From: a virus
Reading direction: 5' to 3' (one strand)
Length of the DNA: 64,000 nt
IMG/VR virus record: IMGVR_UViG_3300007513_000007
Span: 32,001 to 96,000 of that record
In this document: positions 16,484-25,762 of the stretch, piece after piece
How the letters are laid out: every line of letters starts with the position of its first letter
Numbering within the stretch: the stretch's first letter is position 1
Notes under the pieces: generated by a model
What the model was told of the DNA's origin: nothing
What the model saw: only the letters and a program-made list of their open reading frames with translations
The model's database searches: none
Program-made: the position numbers and the translations under genes

Positions 16484-16490
16484 TTAGAAG

Positions 16491-17582
16491 CTACCCCCAG
16501 ATTTCGTTGAGTGCTTTTTCGTGTTCTGTGGGCAGTATTCCCAGGGCACTCAAGGCCACTGCTTCAGCGAAGTGTTCTTCATCGCTCTTTGAAGAGTACG
16601 GCGTCGGGAAGTTCTTGAGCGCCTTGTTCTGCTTCAGCAGAAACTTGTGGATGTCCCGTACTGGGTGACTTTGCAGGCCGTGGTTTGGGGTGTCGAAGAA
16701 GTATTGCCCGTGTTGGATCATCTTCACCACAGGGCGTTCCTTCATGCCTCGGATCTTCAGGGGGATCTCGTCCCCGACTCCGGGCATGTCGAAATCCGGG
16801 TCCTTGTTCCCGACGTTCCAGTGGTGGTGGTGCCAAGTACGCTTGGCACCCTTGTCAGCAAACTTCTTCCAGTATCGGTGGGCGAGTTCGTGGACCAGGG
16901 CGTGGACCTCATCCATCCCCGTGGCCTTACCCCGGCGAAGGTACATGCTGTCATCCCCCGGCATGTACCAAGCGGCATGGTGCGCTTGGCTGAGTCGGGA
17001 CACGATATGAAGGTCGCCGTATAGGGTCTTGGCGAAGCCTGGAACCGGGTTCTTCTTGGCGAGCTTCTCTGCTCTCTGGATAGCTTTCTTCAGTGCCTCA
17101 AGCTCTGCACCCTCGGCGTTCACCGTGTTGTGGATCCTGAACCTACCCAGCTTGAACAACTCGTCCGTGCCTTCTTGCTTCTCGGGCCAGTTGTAGGCTC
17201 CTCTAATCAGAAGGTCGATCCGCTTTTCGTTCTTGGCCCACCACTTGTAGACATCCTTGGGCATCCGACGGCTGTTGTTGAACAGCCGGTACGCCATTTC
17301 CATGCCCTTTGAATCACGGCGGGGAACACTCCTGGAGGACAGCAAGCCATCCGAAATCCGTGAGCCTTTGTTGATCAAAGCAACCCAGGGACGGTTGGCC
17401 CAGACCCGGACGGTGCGGCTATCACCTGAAAGACCACGATCCTTCCCGTCCTGGACGGCCTTGATGAAATCCTGGCGTGCGATCTCGAACGCATCCAGGT
17501 TGTTCATGATGTCCTGTTCCGTTCCTGCCGCCTGCTTCAAGGAGAAGCGCAGAGCTACTCTGGCCGAATCAGCTTTCATCAT
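16491..17582 (-). CDS. zincin-like metallopeptidase with RVA tag
   Basis: LVHELAH plus C-terminal PTPYSSKSDEEHFAE; N-terminal DSARVALRFSLKQA. Confidence 0.8.
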   Translation of the reverse strand: MMKADSARVALRFSLKQAAGTEQDIMNNLDAFEIARQDFIKAVQDGKDRGLSGDSRTVRVWANRPWVALINKGSRISDGLLSSRSVPRRDSKGMEMAYRLFNNSRRMPKDVYKWWAKNEKRIDLLIRGAYNWPEKQEGTDELFKLGRFRIHNTVNAEGAELEALKKAIQRAEKLAKKNPVPGFAKTLYGDLHIVSRLSQAHHAAWYMPGDDSMYLRRGKATGMDEVHALVHELAHRYWKKFADKGAKRTWHHHHWNVGNKDPDFDMPGVGDEIPLKIRGMKERPVVKMIQHGQYFFDTPNHGLQSHPVRDIHKFLLKQNKALKNFPTPYSSKSDEEHFAEAVALSALGILPTEHEKALNEIWG

Positions 17583-18208
17583 GGGTCCAGCAACGTGACT
17601 ATGCACCTTCCCTCGAAGGTGGTTCCGATGGGGAAGTTGACTCCATCATTCGGGTTTTGGATGAAGAACACGAACTGGGCAGGCGTAGGCCCAGAGGCCG
17701 CGACGTATGTAACGGAGCAACCCGCGTCGATAGGGCCGATCCCCGTGGAGGCTGAAGCGCCTCCGATTTTGTCGATGTTCCCAGACTGGAGGGTTTCATC
17801 GGTGGCGAAGACGTACTCTCCGATTTCACTGTTGCTGGTGCCTTGGGCCTTCATGTGGACCGTGATTCGACCGCCTACGAAGTCTGAAGCAGTGTAGACG
17901 AGCACCTCGATGTTTTCTTGGACCGCTGTGGAGGTCGTATGGGTGAACTGCTCGCAGAACACCCTGCCGCAGGAGTACACCGAAGCCAACTGATGGACTT
18001 CTGCCCACTGGCGTTCCGTGCCTGGGGTCCCGTCCCCGCTGTGCCCCAGGTTCCTGGTGAGGTTCGCGTCTGGAGTGAGGTCCGATGCGATTGATGCTGT
18101 GACCTCAAGGGTGTCTGTTGCCTCATCGTTCCCGATGGTCATGCTTCCAGGAACATCCAGGTGGTCGATGTCGATCCCGATAGCGTCAGTGATCAATACT
18201 CTGGGCAT
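17579..18208 (-). CDS. hypothetical protein, beta-rich, possibly structural
   Basis: 209 aa ORF translationally coupled on both sides. Confidence 0.8.
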   Translation of the reverse strand: MPRVLITDAIGIDIDHLDVPGSMTIGNDEATDTLEVTASIASDLTPDANLTRNLGHSGDGTPGTERQWAEVHQLASVYSCGRVFCEQFTHTTSTAVQENIEVLVYTASDFVGGRITVHMKAQGTSNSEIGEYVFATDETLQSGNIDKIGGASASTGIGPIDAGCSVTYVAASGPTPAQFVFFIQNPNDGVNFPIGTTFEGRCIVTLLDP

Positions 18209-18825
18209 CAGGACCTCATAGACCAGCGTAGAGCCACGCTGGCAGCATTAGGGGTGGAAGCCCAGCGCCGAGTCGGATGTCTGCGCCGCCCCCGTGGCTT
18301 TATGGGATTGCGCGGGGGCTTCCTCCGACCGGATTTATCCGTCCAGGAACTCCCGGAGTTGGCGAAGTTGTCTCGCATGTATTTCTCGGCGGCTTCTTCC
18401 GACATGAATGGCCCGTAAGAGGACATGTCCCCTTCGATCTGGTAGCCATCCTCGTCTTCTTGGTAGTCCTCATTATCGACGTACCACTTGCCGTCTGACG
18501 CCTTGTAGAACTCCCGCTCGGTGTTGGTGCTTCCCTTTTTCTTTTTCTTGATCTTGCCCTTCCAGTAGGACTTCGCATCGGAGCGGGCATCAGGGGATTC
18601 TTTCTTGTTCTTCTGACGCCAACCGGGCATCTGCCAGTCAGCAAGGCCACCGCAAAAGGCACCAGGGTTGCTGATGTTGTCGGTCATCTTCTCGATGCAG
18701 TCCCAGACCTTGTGTTCAGGCGTGCCTTTACCCAGCGTCTTCCAGAACTTCTTGACGGACTTATCCGTCCATCCCGGAGGGAGGTTCTTCCATTTCTTGG
18801 CTACGCGGGCAGCGGATGGCTTCAT
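18208..18825 (-). CDS. hypothetical protein with RVA-like tags at both ends
   Basis: start re-picked at ATG 18825: MKPSAARVAKKW...NAASVALRWSMRS. Confidence 0.8.
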   Translation of the reverse strand: MKPSAARVAKKWKNLPPGWTDKSVKKFWKTLGKGTPEHKVWDCIEKMTDNISNPGAFCGGLADWQMPGWRQKNKKESPDARSDAKSYWKGKIKKKKKGSTNTEREFYKASDGKWYVDNEDYQEDEDGYQIEGDMSSYGPFMSEEAAEKYMRDNFANSGSSWTDKSGRRKPPRNPIKPRGRRRHPTRRWASTPNAASVALRWSMRS

Positions 18826-18850
18826 GGGATTCCTTCCCCCTTCCGAAAGG

Positions 18851-18865
18851 ATAGGAACCTTACCG
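18851..18865 (-). promoter_or_regulatory. class II motif CGGT-N7-CTAT
   Basis: CGGTAAGGTTCCTAT upstream of 18825. Confidence 0.6.
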
Positions 18866-18882
18866 TGCCCCAAATAAGAGAG

Positions 18883-19645
18883 GGGGCCACCCTTTCGGAT
18901 GACCCCCTCATGAGGGAACAAACAAGCACACATGCACTTGCTCCCAGCCGTGACCTCCAAGCCTTTTGAGCCTGTCCCCGTTCGGGTTAGGAGTGTGAAC
19001 ACCAGCAAGTAAAGCTGTTCACGACGTTCCTCCCTGTTCTTCGCAGTCTCCTACGACGGAACAGCACGCGATACTGCTGCCTACATTCTGTGTATCGGAG
19101 GGTAAGCTGTACACTTCTCCCTTCCTCCACACGACAACCTTTGATCTCTTGGGAAGATCGCCACTTGCCCCCTTTCGGGACGGTTGCCAGATTGCTCTGA
19201 CAACCAGAGAGGCTTCTGCATTCAGCAGTCCGATTCTGGGGAACAACCCCCTTCCCAAGACTTTGTTCTTGGTTATTGCCCTGCAACCGTTTCCTCAGTG
19301 AATCAGCAAGTCCGAGGATGCCCTTCGCAGCACTCCGACAGTGGAATGTCGGCTCATGCTCTGGACCACTGGGTGATTCTCGGAGCAACCACGCTCCATA
19401 ACTCACCCCCCTTCATAGTCAGGCGGCAGAGTGTGTGAACACCCCTTTCCTGAACAGGGTTCTGGCTACCTCCCGAAGGAGCCGACGACCCGGCAAGGGT
19501 ACGAAGGTTTTAGGACCCGTCAGCAGGGTCCACTCGCCACCCCTGCAAGCAGGAGCTTTGAGATTCGTTGAAACTGTAAAAGAACTATGCCGCTCTATGG
19601 TGACGGCTACCTGTTTTTTGGCGCTCTGCCAGTCATCAATGACTT
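18883..19645 (-). ncRNA. candidate large structured ncRNA 2 (family unknown)
   Basis: No credible ORF; cUUCGg, GCAA and two GAAA tetraloop hairpins on the minus strand plus at least 4 more stems; exact class I motif at 19654-19681 points into it. Ends approximate. Confidence 0.7.
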
Positions 19646-19652
19646 GTAACCT

Positions 19653-20054
19653 CTACGCGGTCACACTACCAAGGGAACCCCCCCTCAAAACCTTTTCTGC
19701 ATTTTTCAACGCACGCCACGCAGGACGGCCCTTCTTCTCGATCCAACGGTTAGCGACAGCAATAACATGCTTGCACGCTCCAGCACGCCCGTGGTCGGGG
19801 CACGAGCAGCTATGCCGACGTACCGCGTTCCGGTCGATGCTGATGGTCACCATGTAGTCCTGACGGCCCCTACAGAGAGCACGGAGGCCATGCTGACCAT
19901 CCCTGGCCCAAACGATATGGACACCGCTTGCACGGTACACGCGGCCAGTCTCGGACACCTTGATGAGTGCCCGCAGCCCACGCCCACGGTCTTCGACCTG
20001 GGAGATAGCCCACAAGAGGGACTCGGCTGCGCTCTTGGTGATGGTTCCTTTCAT
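19653..20054 (-). CDS. SWIM zinc-finger protein
   Basis: HSCSCPDH....CKHVIAV (CxC..CxH); start re-picked at ATG 20054. Confidence 0.85.
   Translation of the reverse strand: MKGTITKSAAESLLWAISQVEDRGRGLRALIKVSETGRVYRASGVHIVWARDGQHGLRALCRGRQDYMVTISIDRNAVRRHSCSCPDHGRAGACKHVIAVANRWIEKKGRPAWRALKNAEKVLRGGSLGSVTA
19654..19681 (-). promoter_or_regulatory. class I promoter motif
   Basis: exact match; -10 box overlaps the SWIM stop codon. Confidence 0.8.
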
Positions 20055-20073
20055 CGGGACCTCCTGCTCTCCT

Positions 20074-20592
20074 TTACGCGGAAGGAGGGGTATCAGAACC
20101 CCCCTCCGCAGCTTCCGCAGCAATCTTTTTCAGGTACTCGGCACTCGCCTTGGATTCAACGGCTGCATTAGCAACTACGGTGGGGTGATCCTCCCCCATG
20201 TCCTCTGTCACGAACCCTGCATGGACGAACCTCTCGCCATCAGAGTTCACGAGGTGGCTGTCATCGTCACAGTGAAAGTGTGCGTACCAGATGGTCGGGC
20301 CATCCCCTTCCTCAGTACTCCTCGTAGCCTCGAAGTAGGTGGGCTTCTTCAACCCCTCGTACCACTCCTTGACGCCTTCCTCGTTGAAGTGCTCCAGGTA
20401 GAACTCCTGGGGTGCTGCCACGCTCTCATGCAGGGTTCCAGGGAGGGTTTCCATGGTGTGGAAGAAGAACCTCATCACGGAGTCAAGGTTCTGCCACCAT
20501 GTCGTCAGTTCTTCGGCGGTGAAGCCTGTTTCCCAGACCCAATGCCGATAGCCGTATTCTTCTTGGACGTAGACCGTAATGAGGTCGCTCAA
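20074..20592 (-). CDS. acidic hypothetical protein
   Basis: start re-picked at TTG 20592, overlapping the HNH stop (TTGA). Confidence 0.7.
   Translation of the reverse strand: MSDLITVYVQEEYGYRHWVWETGFTAEELTTWWQNLDSVMRFFFHTMETLPGTLHESVAAPQEFYLEHFNEEGVKEWYEGLKKPTYFEATRSTEEGDGPTIWYAHFHCDDDSHLVNSDGERFVHAGFVTEDMGEDHPTVVANAAVESKASAEYLKKIAAEAAEGGSDTPPSA
20075..20102 (-). promoter_or_regulatory. class I promoter motif (GGGGTTCT variant)
   Basis: N16 spacing, upstream of 20054. Confidence 0.7.
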
Positions 20593-21104
20593 GGCAGTCT
20601 CCTTGGCTTCGAGAAGTTGGGGCGCTCGACCTCCCGGTATCGCTTTGCCCGACGATCCTTCTGACACGTTCGGCATTTGCGACGGCCCGTAGAAGGACTC
20701 TTCCAGGTGTTCTCCTCCGTGAACTCGTGCCCGTACTTGCAGTGCGTCTTGGCTGCGTTCGTCACAGCGAAGCTCGTACCCCTTCGGGTGTTCTCCTGTG
20801 TGGTGACTGGTTCCATATGGTCGAGATTGCAGCACAGGCGGTTTCTACAAAGGTGGTCGATTTCCAGTGTGGGATCAATGGGACCTCTTTCGAGAACATA
20901 GAGGACCCGATGTGGGGGCAGGTATCGCTTCTTACCGTCTACACAGACGGCGATGTTGCCGTAGCCTTTAGAGGTCTTGGCTCCTGCCCATTCGAGGCAC
21001 CCCGAAGCAGGCCGTTCTACGCACCGGCTTCGTATTCTTTTGGCGTACTTCTCTGGGATTCCAGCATAGTTGGATGCCTTGACCTTTCGCACCGCCCCCT
21101 TCAA
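20589..21104 (-). CDS. HNH endonuclease (homing type)
   Basis: CLEWAGA..KGYG..HRV..IDHLCRNRLCCNLDHMEPVT..EN..THCKYGHEF; start uncertain. Confidence 0.9.
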   Translation of the reverse strand: MKGAVRKVKASNYAGIPEKYAKRIRSRCVERPASGCLEWAGAKTSKGYGNIAVCVDGKKRYLPPHRVLYVLERGPIDPTLEIDHLCRNRLCCNLDHMEPVTTQENTRRGTSFAVTNAAKTHCKYGHEFTEENTWKSPSTGRRKCRTCQKDRRAKRYREVERPNFSKPRRLP

Positions 21105-21361
21105 GGCTTCTCCTGGGCCTTCTTGGCCTCGTACTCTTCCTTAGCCAGCCCTCCGAGCGCACCGATGCTCCCCAGGAAGTCCTGGAGGTTCTCATCCCCC
21201 CGCTTGGAGCCTGTGAAATAGGCAGGCCCTCCAATGCGGACAGCCTTGTGACCGCCCTTGAAGATGCCTTTCTTCATGGATTCGCGGATCTCTTCGTCAG
21301 TCTCTCCCTCGTAAGGGGAAGTGCCGTCTGCGAATCTACCGTCAGGTCCAAGTACCGCCAT
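21101..21361 (-). CDS. hypothetical protein
   Basis: start ATG 21361 overlaps the DUF5131 stop (TAATG). Confidence 0.65.
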   Translation of the reverse strand: MAVLGPDGRFADGTSPYEGETDEEIRESMKKGIFKGGHKAVRIGGPAYFTGSKRGDENLQDFLGSIGALGGLAKEEYEAKKAQEKP

Positions 21362-22242
21362 TAGCTTGCAGCCCTCTCTTCTTGCCTCTGCTTGTTGATG
21401 ATGAACCCGCCCAAGACCGAAGGAGTCTTGAGAGGAGGAAGCTCGTCCCAGGTACGTCCGTCCAACGTCCGTCCTGCTGCCTTCTTTCCTACACGGGTTC
21501 CCTGGTCGCCGTACTCCCCCCACTGCTTGAAGTGGAAAGGAATAGCCTCCTGCACGCTCTGATCGCGCAGTCCACGCACCCACTTGACCTCACTCGGACG
21601 AGCCTTGTGACCGCTTTCGCCGCCCACGATGACCCACTCCAGCTTCTTGGCCCAGCTTTTGAGGATGCGAACATTGCCGAGCAGCGGTTCACAACTCAAG
21701 TAGCGAACATGAGCGTTGACTTTGATGAGGTGAGGAACCCTTTCCTTTGCCCACTTCTGGTCCTCTACGGTGACGCCGACCCAAACCTGGGGAGGCAACC
21801 CCTTCGGGAAATAGTGTTTCTGCCACGCCAGGAGCCTCTCTGGCCGCTTTGTGAGGAACATGACTACCTGGGGAGCCTTGCACCCTTTGTCAAGGCTCCT
21901 GACCTCATCAGCGAGCAGTTCCAGTTCTTCCCCCGTGATGTCCAGGCTTTCATGGAAGAGGTCCGTCATCGAACCATAGAAAGTCCGACGAGGCTTCAAA
22001 GCGTTTCGGATCTCCGCGAAGTTCCTACGCCGAATGTTGAGGTCACACTGGACCTTCCCCGTCCACGCAGGCTTCTTCATACTGCCGTTCGTAACCCCGT
22101 CGTATCGAGCATGGTTCCCCATGTTCGCGATGCGAACGGAAAGGGTCATCGCATAGCAGTAAGTACATGCAGGAGAGTTCTTGGAACACCCCGCCTGATC
22201 ATTCATCGTATGAGTAGCCCATTCGATTTTGGTTCGTGCCAT
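21361..22242 (-). CDS. phage Gp37/Gp68-like (DUF5131) protein
   Basis: TKIEWA..GCSKNSPACTYCYA, SMTDLFH, LTKRPE, GVTVEDQ, LSCEPLLG, WVIVGGESG, FKQWG, GRTLDGRTWDELP. Confidence 0.92.
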   Translation of the reverse strand: MARTKIEWATHTMNDQAGCSKNSPACTYCYAMTLSVRIANMGNHARYDGVTNGSMKKPAWTGKVQCDLNIRRRNFAEIRNALKPRRTFYGSMTDLFHESLDITGEELELLADEVRSLDKGCKAPQVVMFLTKRPERLLAWQKHYFPKGLPPQVWVGVTVEDQKWAKERVPHLIKVNAHVRYLSCEPLLGNVRILKSWAKKLEWVIVGGESGHKARPSEVKWVRGLRDQSVQEAIPFHFKQWGEYGDQGTRVGKKAAGRTLDGRTWDELPPLKTPSVLGGFIINKQRQEERAAS

Positions 22243-22331
22243 TTTCTCCTACCTCGTAGGTTTGTAGAAAAGGCTGTCTCTTGCAGCCCACAGGCCCTAC
22301 TACACGGAACGCCTCGCAGTAGGACCCCCTC

Positions 22332-22532
22332 CTACCGCCCAGTCTCGTCTACACCTGCGGCTACGAGGCTGCGAGCAAGGCTTTCTTCGTCCTCTGTCAG
22401 AACGATCTCGTTGCCGTTCTCATCCAGGATATGGGTGAAGAACCACTCCCCTCCGCGCAAAGCGAAGGCAACGGTGATGTAGAGGGTTCCCGAGAGGGTT
22501 TCACGCTGAAGCGAAACGGTGGCGTTGTCCAT
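22332..22532 (-). CDS. small hypothetical protein
   Basis: MDNATVSLQRETL...; RBS AGGAG. Confidence 0.65.
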   Translation of the reverse strand: MDNATVSLQRETLSGTLYITVAFALRGGEWFFTHILDENGNEIVLTEDEESLARSLVAAGVDETGR

Positions 22533-22534
22533 GT

Positions 22535-22738
22535 CTACTCCTGGTGGTCTTGGCGACCTTGGGGACGACGATACCGCTTCCGGTTGCGGGTGACGGTGTG
22601 GATGCCACGCCATTGGGCCAAGGTTCCACCAGCCGCGAAGTGGGCAGCACGGTCGAGGCCGCTCTGGGCCTTTCGGTCCCTACGGATACGGTCGGCCCGC
22701 TCACCTTTCTGACGTTGATGTTTGACCTTGCGAGCCAT
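22535..22738 (-). CDS. small basic hypothetical protein
   Basis: 67 aa, RBS AAGGAGG, class I motif upstream. Confidence 0.75.
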   Translation of the reverse strand: MARKVKHQRQKGERADRIRRDRKAQSGLDRAAHFAAGGTLAQWRGIHTVTRNRKRYRRPQGRQDHQE

Positions 22739-22758
22739 GACGGCCTCCTTGAACCCTC

Positions 22759-22786
22759 TACGGCTACAGCCACTTCAGGGAACCCC
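22759..22786 (-). promoter_or_regulatory. class I promoter motif
   Basis: exact match preceded by a T-rich tract. Confidence 0.8.
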
Positions 22787-22929
22787 CTCAAAAAATCTAA
22801 AAAAGATTGTCCGTCAGCGTCACCAAACCGCGTCTTTGGTTGTGAGGCAGTCAGAAATGTTCGCACCGTGCGTCCTACTTCTGAAAGCCCGGTCATCTAC
22901 CCCGTGTCCCGTTTCAACCTTTCCAATCT

Positions 22930-23180
22930 CCCCCAGAAAACACCCCACCGTTCTACTACTTGAGGAAGCCAAAACCCATGACCTATACCCCCACTTCCGT
23001 TTGATCGTTCTGTACAGAGAGGAGTTCCGGCTCAACTCAAGTGCCGAGGCCCGCCGACCCATGTCCGCGAAAACCGGTTCACGTCGTTCTGTCGGGTGAG
23101 TGTCCGGTTTTCGCGCCGTTGCTCGTCTTTCAACTGTCCCCCAGAAAACACTCCACCGTTCTGTTTAGTGAGAAGCCCAT
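22930..23180. repeat. degenerate intergenic repeat, copies 1-2
   Basis: CCCCCAGAAAACAC(C/T)CCACCGTTCT at 22930 and 23138; GACCCATGTCCG near 23056; GTTCTGTCGGGTGAG at 23086. Confidence 0.7.
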
Positions 23181-23315
23181 GACCCAATGCCGCGACCCGC
23201 CGTAGAAACCCCAGTGATTAGGGGGGTAAAGAACCCCCCCTGCCATCTCGCTTATCTTCTTGAAATACCTACGGTTTACCCCTTTCTATAACCCCCTTCA
23301 GCACCCGAGTTCAAG

Positions 23316-24038
23316 ATGAAGTTCCACGAACCCCCCACTGCTCACAAGAAGCCCTTTAGTCGCATCATTCATATCCGGGTTCCTACGCGCCCCGAGTTCG
23401 ACTACACGGCTTATGTCCAAGAGTGCGTGGAGCGTGAGGCGGCCAGCTATGAGCGCACCCGTTCTATCCTCTCCTCTATTCGGGATACCGACTACACCGA
23501 GGAGAAGTGGCAGGAGGCCCAAGAGCGCCGCAGGGAAGCCAAGGAAAGGAGCATGAGGTACTACCTGTCGCTCCCTCCTGCGGATCGGTTGCTCCGCGAG
23601 GTGGTGTGGTTCATCAAGGAATACACCACCCAGGGCGGCATCTACGCTGACGAGCATATCCGCATCCGGGAACTCATGGTGGGCCTCTTGAAGAAGATCA
23701 AAGACCACCTGATTGCAGGCCGGGACGAGGAAGCCTTCTATGCTCTCTACTGCATCAGCGGTTTCGAGGGGCTTTGTTGGGAAGAGGAGACAGCGGAGGA
23801 CGGCTACCTCTACTTCTGGTGTCCTTCGGATCTCGAATGGTACACAGACCAGTGGGCTGACGTGGAGTGGCGCTGGGAAACCTGCATCCAGCACACCGAC
23901 GTTCCCGTAGCCCCTCCTATAGCGGCTCCCTCCGGGCACCTTTCCCATCAGCGGGAGTGTGCCGAATGCTTGGCCGCCGACGCTGCGGCCAAGCAGCAGT
24001 TTTACGCGGCCCAGCCCCAGGCTGCGGCGAAAGCCTGA
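23316..24038 (+). CDS. hypothetical protein
   Basis: 240 aa ORF with typical codon bias. Confidence 0.8.
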   Translation: MKFHEPPTAHKKPFSRIIHIRVPTRPEFDYTAYVQECVEREAASYERTRSILSSIRDTDYTEEKWQEAQERRREAKERSMRYYLSLPPADRLLREVVWFIKEYTTQGGIYADEHIRIRELMVGLLKKIKDHLIAGRDEEAFYALYCISGFEGLCWEEETAEDGYLYFWCPSDLEWYTDQWADVEWRWETCIQHTDVPVAPPIAAPSGHLSHQRECAECLAADAAAKQQFYAAQPQAAAKA

Positions 24039-24045
24039 ATCAGTT

Positions 24046-24204
24046 GACCCATGTCCGGCTCAAAGGGGCTTTGCGTTCTATCGGGTGAGGGAAGCCCGAA
24101 ACAGCATTTTGTCCACAGGAGAAAACCCCATCGTTCTGTTTGATGAAAGCTCCTGAATCAGAGCCATGTCCACATTGCCAAACCTCCCGGTTCTGTCGGG
24201 TGAG
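24046..24204. repeat. degenerate intergenic repeat, copy 3
   Basis: GACCCATGTCCG 24046; GTTCTATCGGGTGAG 24075; GAAAACCCCATCGTTCTGTTT near 24121; GTTCTGTCGGGTGAG 24190. Confidence 0.7.
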
Positions 24205-24390
24205 ATCGAAAATCTCAAAACACACAGCACACAACACACAGCACACAACAAAGGAGGGCCGCCATGACCAGACGTCACCGCCGCCGCAAAATGCGGTAGG
24301 GAGTGAGACCCACTCCCTGGCTCCGATATACGCCCCGGCCCAGTGCCAGCCCAGCGTGAGGGGATGCTCGCGCCAACACCCAATCAAAGG

Positions 24391-24816
24391 ATGATTGTGG
24401 ACCCATACTACGAAATGATAGATGCAGAGAGACCGCTGTTCAGCGTCATCGACTACATCAACCCCCGTACTGGGGCGAGGAATAGTCACCGACCCGGCAT
24501 CTCGCCGGAAATGCGCTGTCTCGGGATTCTGCGGCAGGACGGCACTTACGAGGCCGTTACTGCCCGTGACTACGTTTCTTGGATCAGGCCCATGTCCCCT
24601 CGCAAGTATTTCCCAACAGGGTTGGCTTGCGACCAGAGAATCATGGAGGCGCTCGTACCGCGCTTGAATGAACTCTTTGCGAAGGACAAGTACCCTCCGG
24701 TCACTGCCATGCGGCAAGTCTGGAGACAGGTCTGGCGAGATGCGCTCGATGAGATCGGCTTCACCCGAAAGACTCCCACAGGAGAGTGGTTCGGTGAGCC
24801 GAAGGAAGAGCTTTAG
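24391..24816 (+). CDS. hypothetical protein
   Basis: start re-picked at ATG 24391 after AAGG. Confidence 0.7.
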   Translation: MIVDPYYEMIDAERPLFSVIDYINPRTGARNSHRPGISPEMRCLGILRQDGTYEAVTARDYVSWIRPMSPRKYFPTGLACDQRIMEALVPRLNELFAKDKYPPVTAMRQVWRQVWRDALDEIGFTRKTPTGEWFGEPKEEL

Positions 24817-24834
24817 GTAGCGCCTGGAGCTATG

Positions 24835-24863
24835 GGAGGCCGCCTTGATTCAGGGCGGCCTCC
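24835..24863. terminator. GC-rich hairpin between convergent genes
   Basis: GGAGGCCGCC/GGCGGCCTCC stem. Confidence 0.65.
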
Positions 24864-24869
24864 ACTTCA

Positions 24870-25724
24870 TCACTGTGAGGCGACCCAGTCCCGGACGCTC
24901 TGGTGGTTGATGGCCAGACGGCACATGCTCACCTCGGTGGAGCTTGCGATACGCTCCTCCCACGTCGTGTGTACCCTCTGCTTCCAGTCGGCTGCGTTGG
25001 TGCTTCGGATAGGCCCCAAGTTCCAGAACCCCACCCCATCCAGCCCCGTGCCGCTGGTGTTAGATTCCAGGGTCAGGATCTTCCCCGTCTCCTCGTCGTA
25101 GTCGAGGACCATCCAGGAGTGCCCGCTCGGCCAGCCTCGGATCGTCTGAAGCAGATAAACGCCGTCCTTGGGAACAGCGCCCTTGGGCATCATCTCACCG
25201 ACACCCCATTCAGCGCACACACCGGGGCCGTACCCTTGGTAGGCGTAGCCTTCTGGCTTGGTGAGCGCCCACCGCGCCCATTGGTCTCCCGAGAAGGGGC
25301 CGCCAAAACCATTCCCCAGCAGATAGCCGGTGAACATGACGCAGTTGGTGGTGTCGTCCCCTACATACTTGCTGTTGAGGCGTAGGCCCGGAGGGAGGGT
25401 GGGCATCTGGCCCCCTGATAGGGAGTAGGTCGCCGCCATCGCAGGTCCCAGGAGAGGGACGAAGGAACCCCACAGTTTTTCGTTGCTCTTGGGCAAGTCT
25501 TGGGTGTCTTCCTCTTTGTCCCATAGCTGAAGAGTGGTCCAGGTGTTCGGACCCACGATCCCGTCTACGTCCAGACCGTTCGCGGTCTGGAAGGCTTTGA
25601 CCTCCTTTTCGGTCAAAGCCCCAAAGATGCCGTCAGCATCGCACGGGTAACCCCGCTGGGTGAGGAGTCCTTGGCAAAGGGAAACGTCGTCCCCTCTCGA
25701 TCCCTTCTTGATGGTAGCTGGCAT
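24870..25724 (-). CDS. putative endolysin: peptidoglycan-binding domain plus Cys/His (CHAP/NlpC-like) catalytic domain
   Basis: TIKKGSRGDDV..CQ.LL..DGIFG..T..VKAFQ..GL.VDGIVGPNTW; TNCVMF..GHSWMV..LESN. Confidence 0.8.
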   Translation of the reverse strand: MPATIKKGSRGDDVSLCQGLLTQRGYPCDADGIFGALTEKEVKAFQTANGLDVDGIVGPNTWTTLQLWDKEEDTQDLPKSNEKLWGSFVPLLGPAMAATYSLSGGQMPTLPPGLRLNSKYVGDDTTNCVMFTGYLLGNGFGGPFSGDQWARWALTKPEGYAYQGYGPGVCAEWGVGEMMPKGAVPKDGVYLLQTIRGWPSGHSWMVLDYDEETGKILTLESNTSGTGLDGVGFWNLGPIRSTNAADWKQRVHTTWEERIASSTEVSMCRLAINHQSVRDWVASQ

Positions 25725-25762
25725 CTGCGTGTCCTTTGTTGTCTACGCTTCACCAGTACCGG

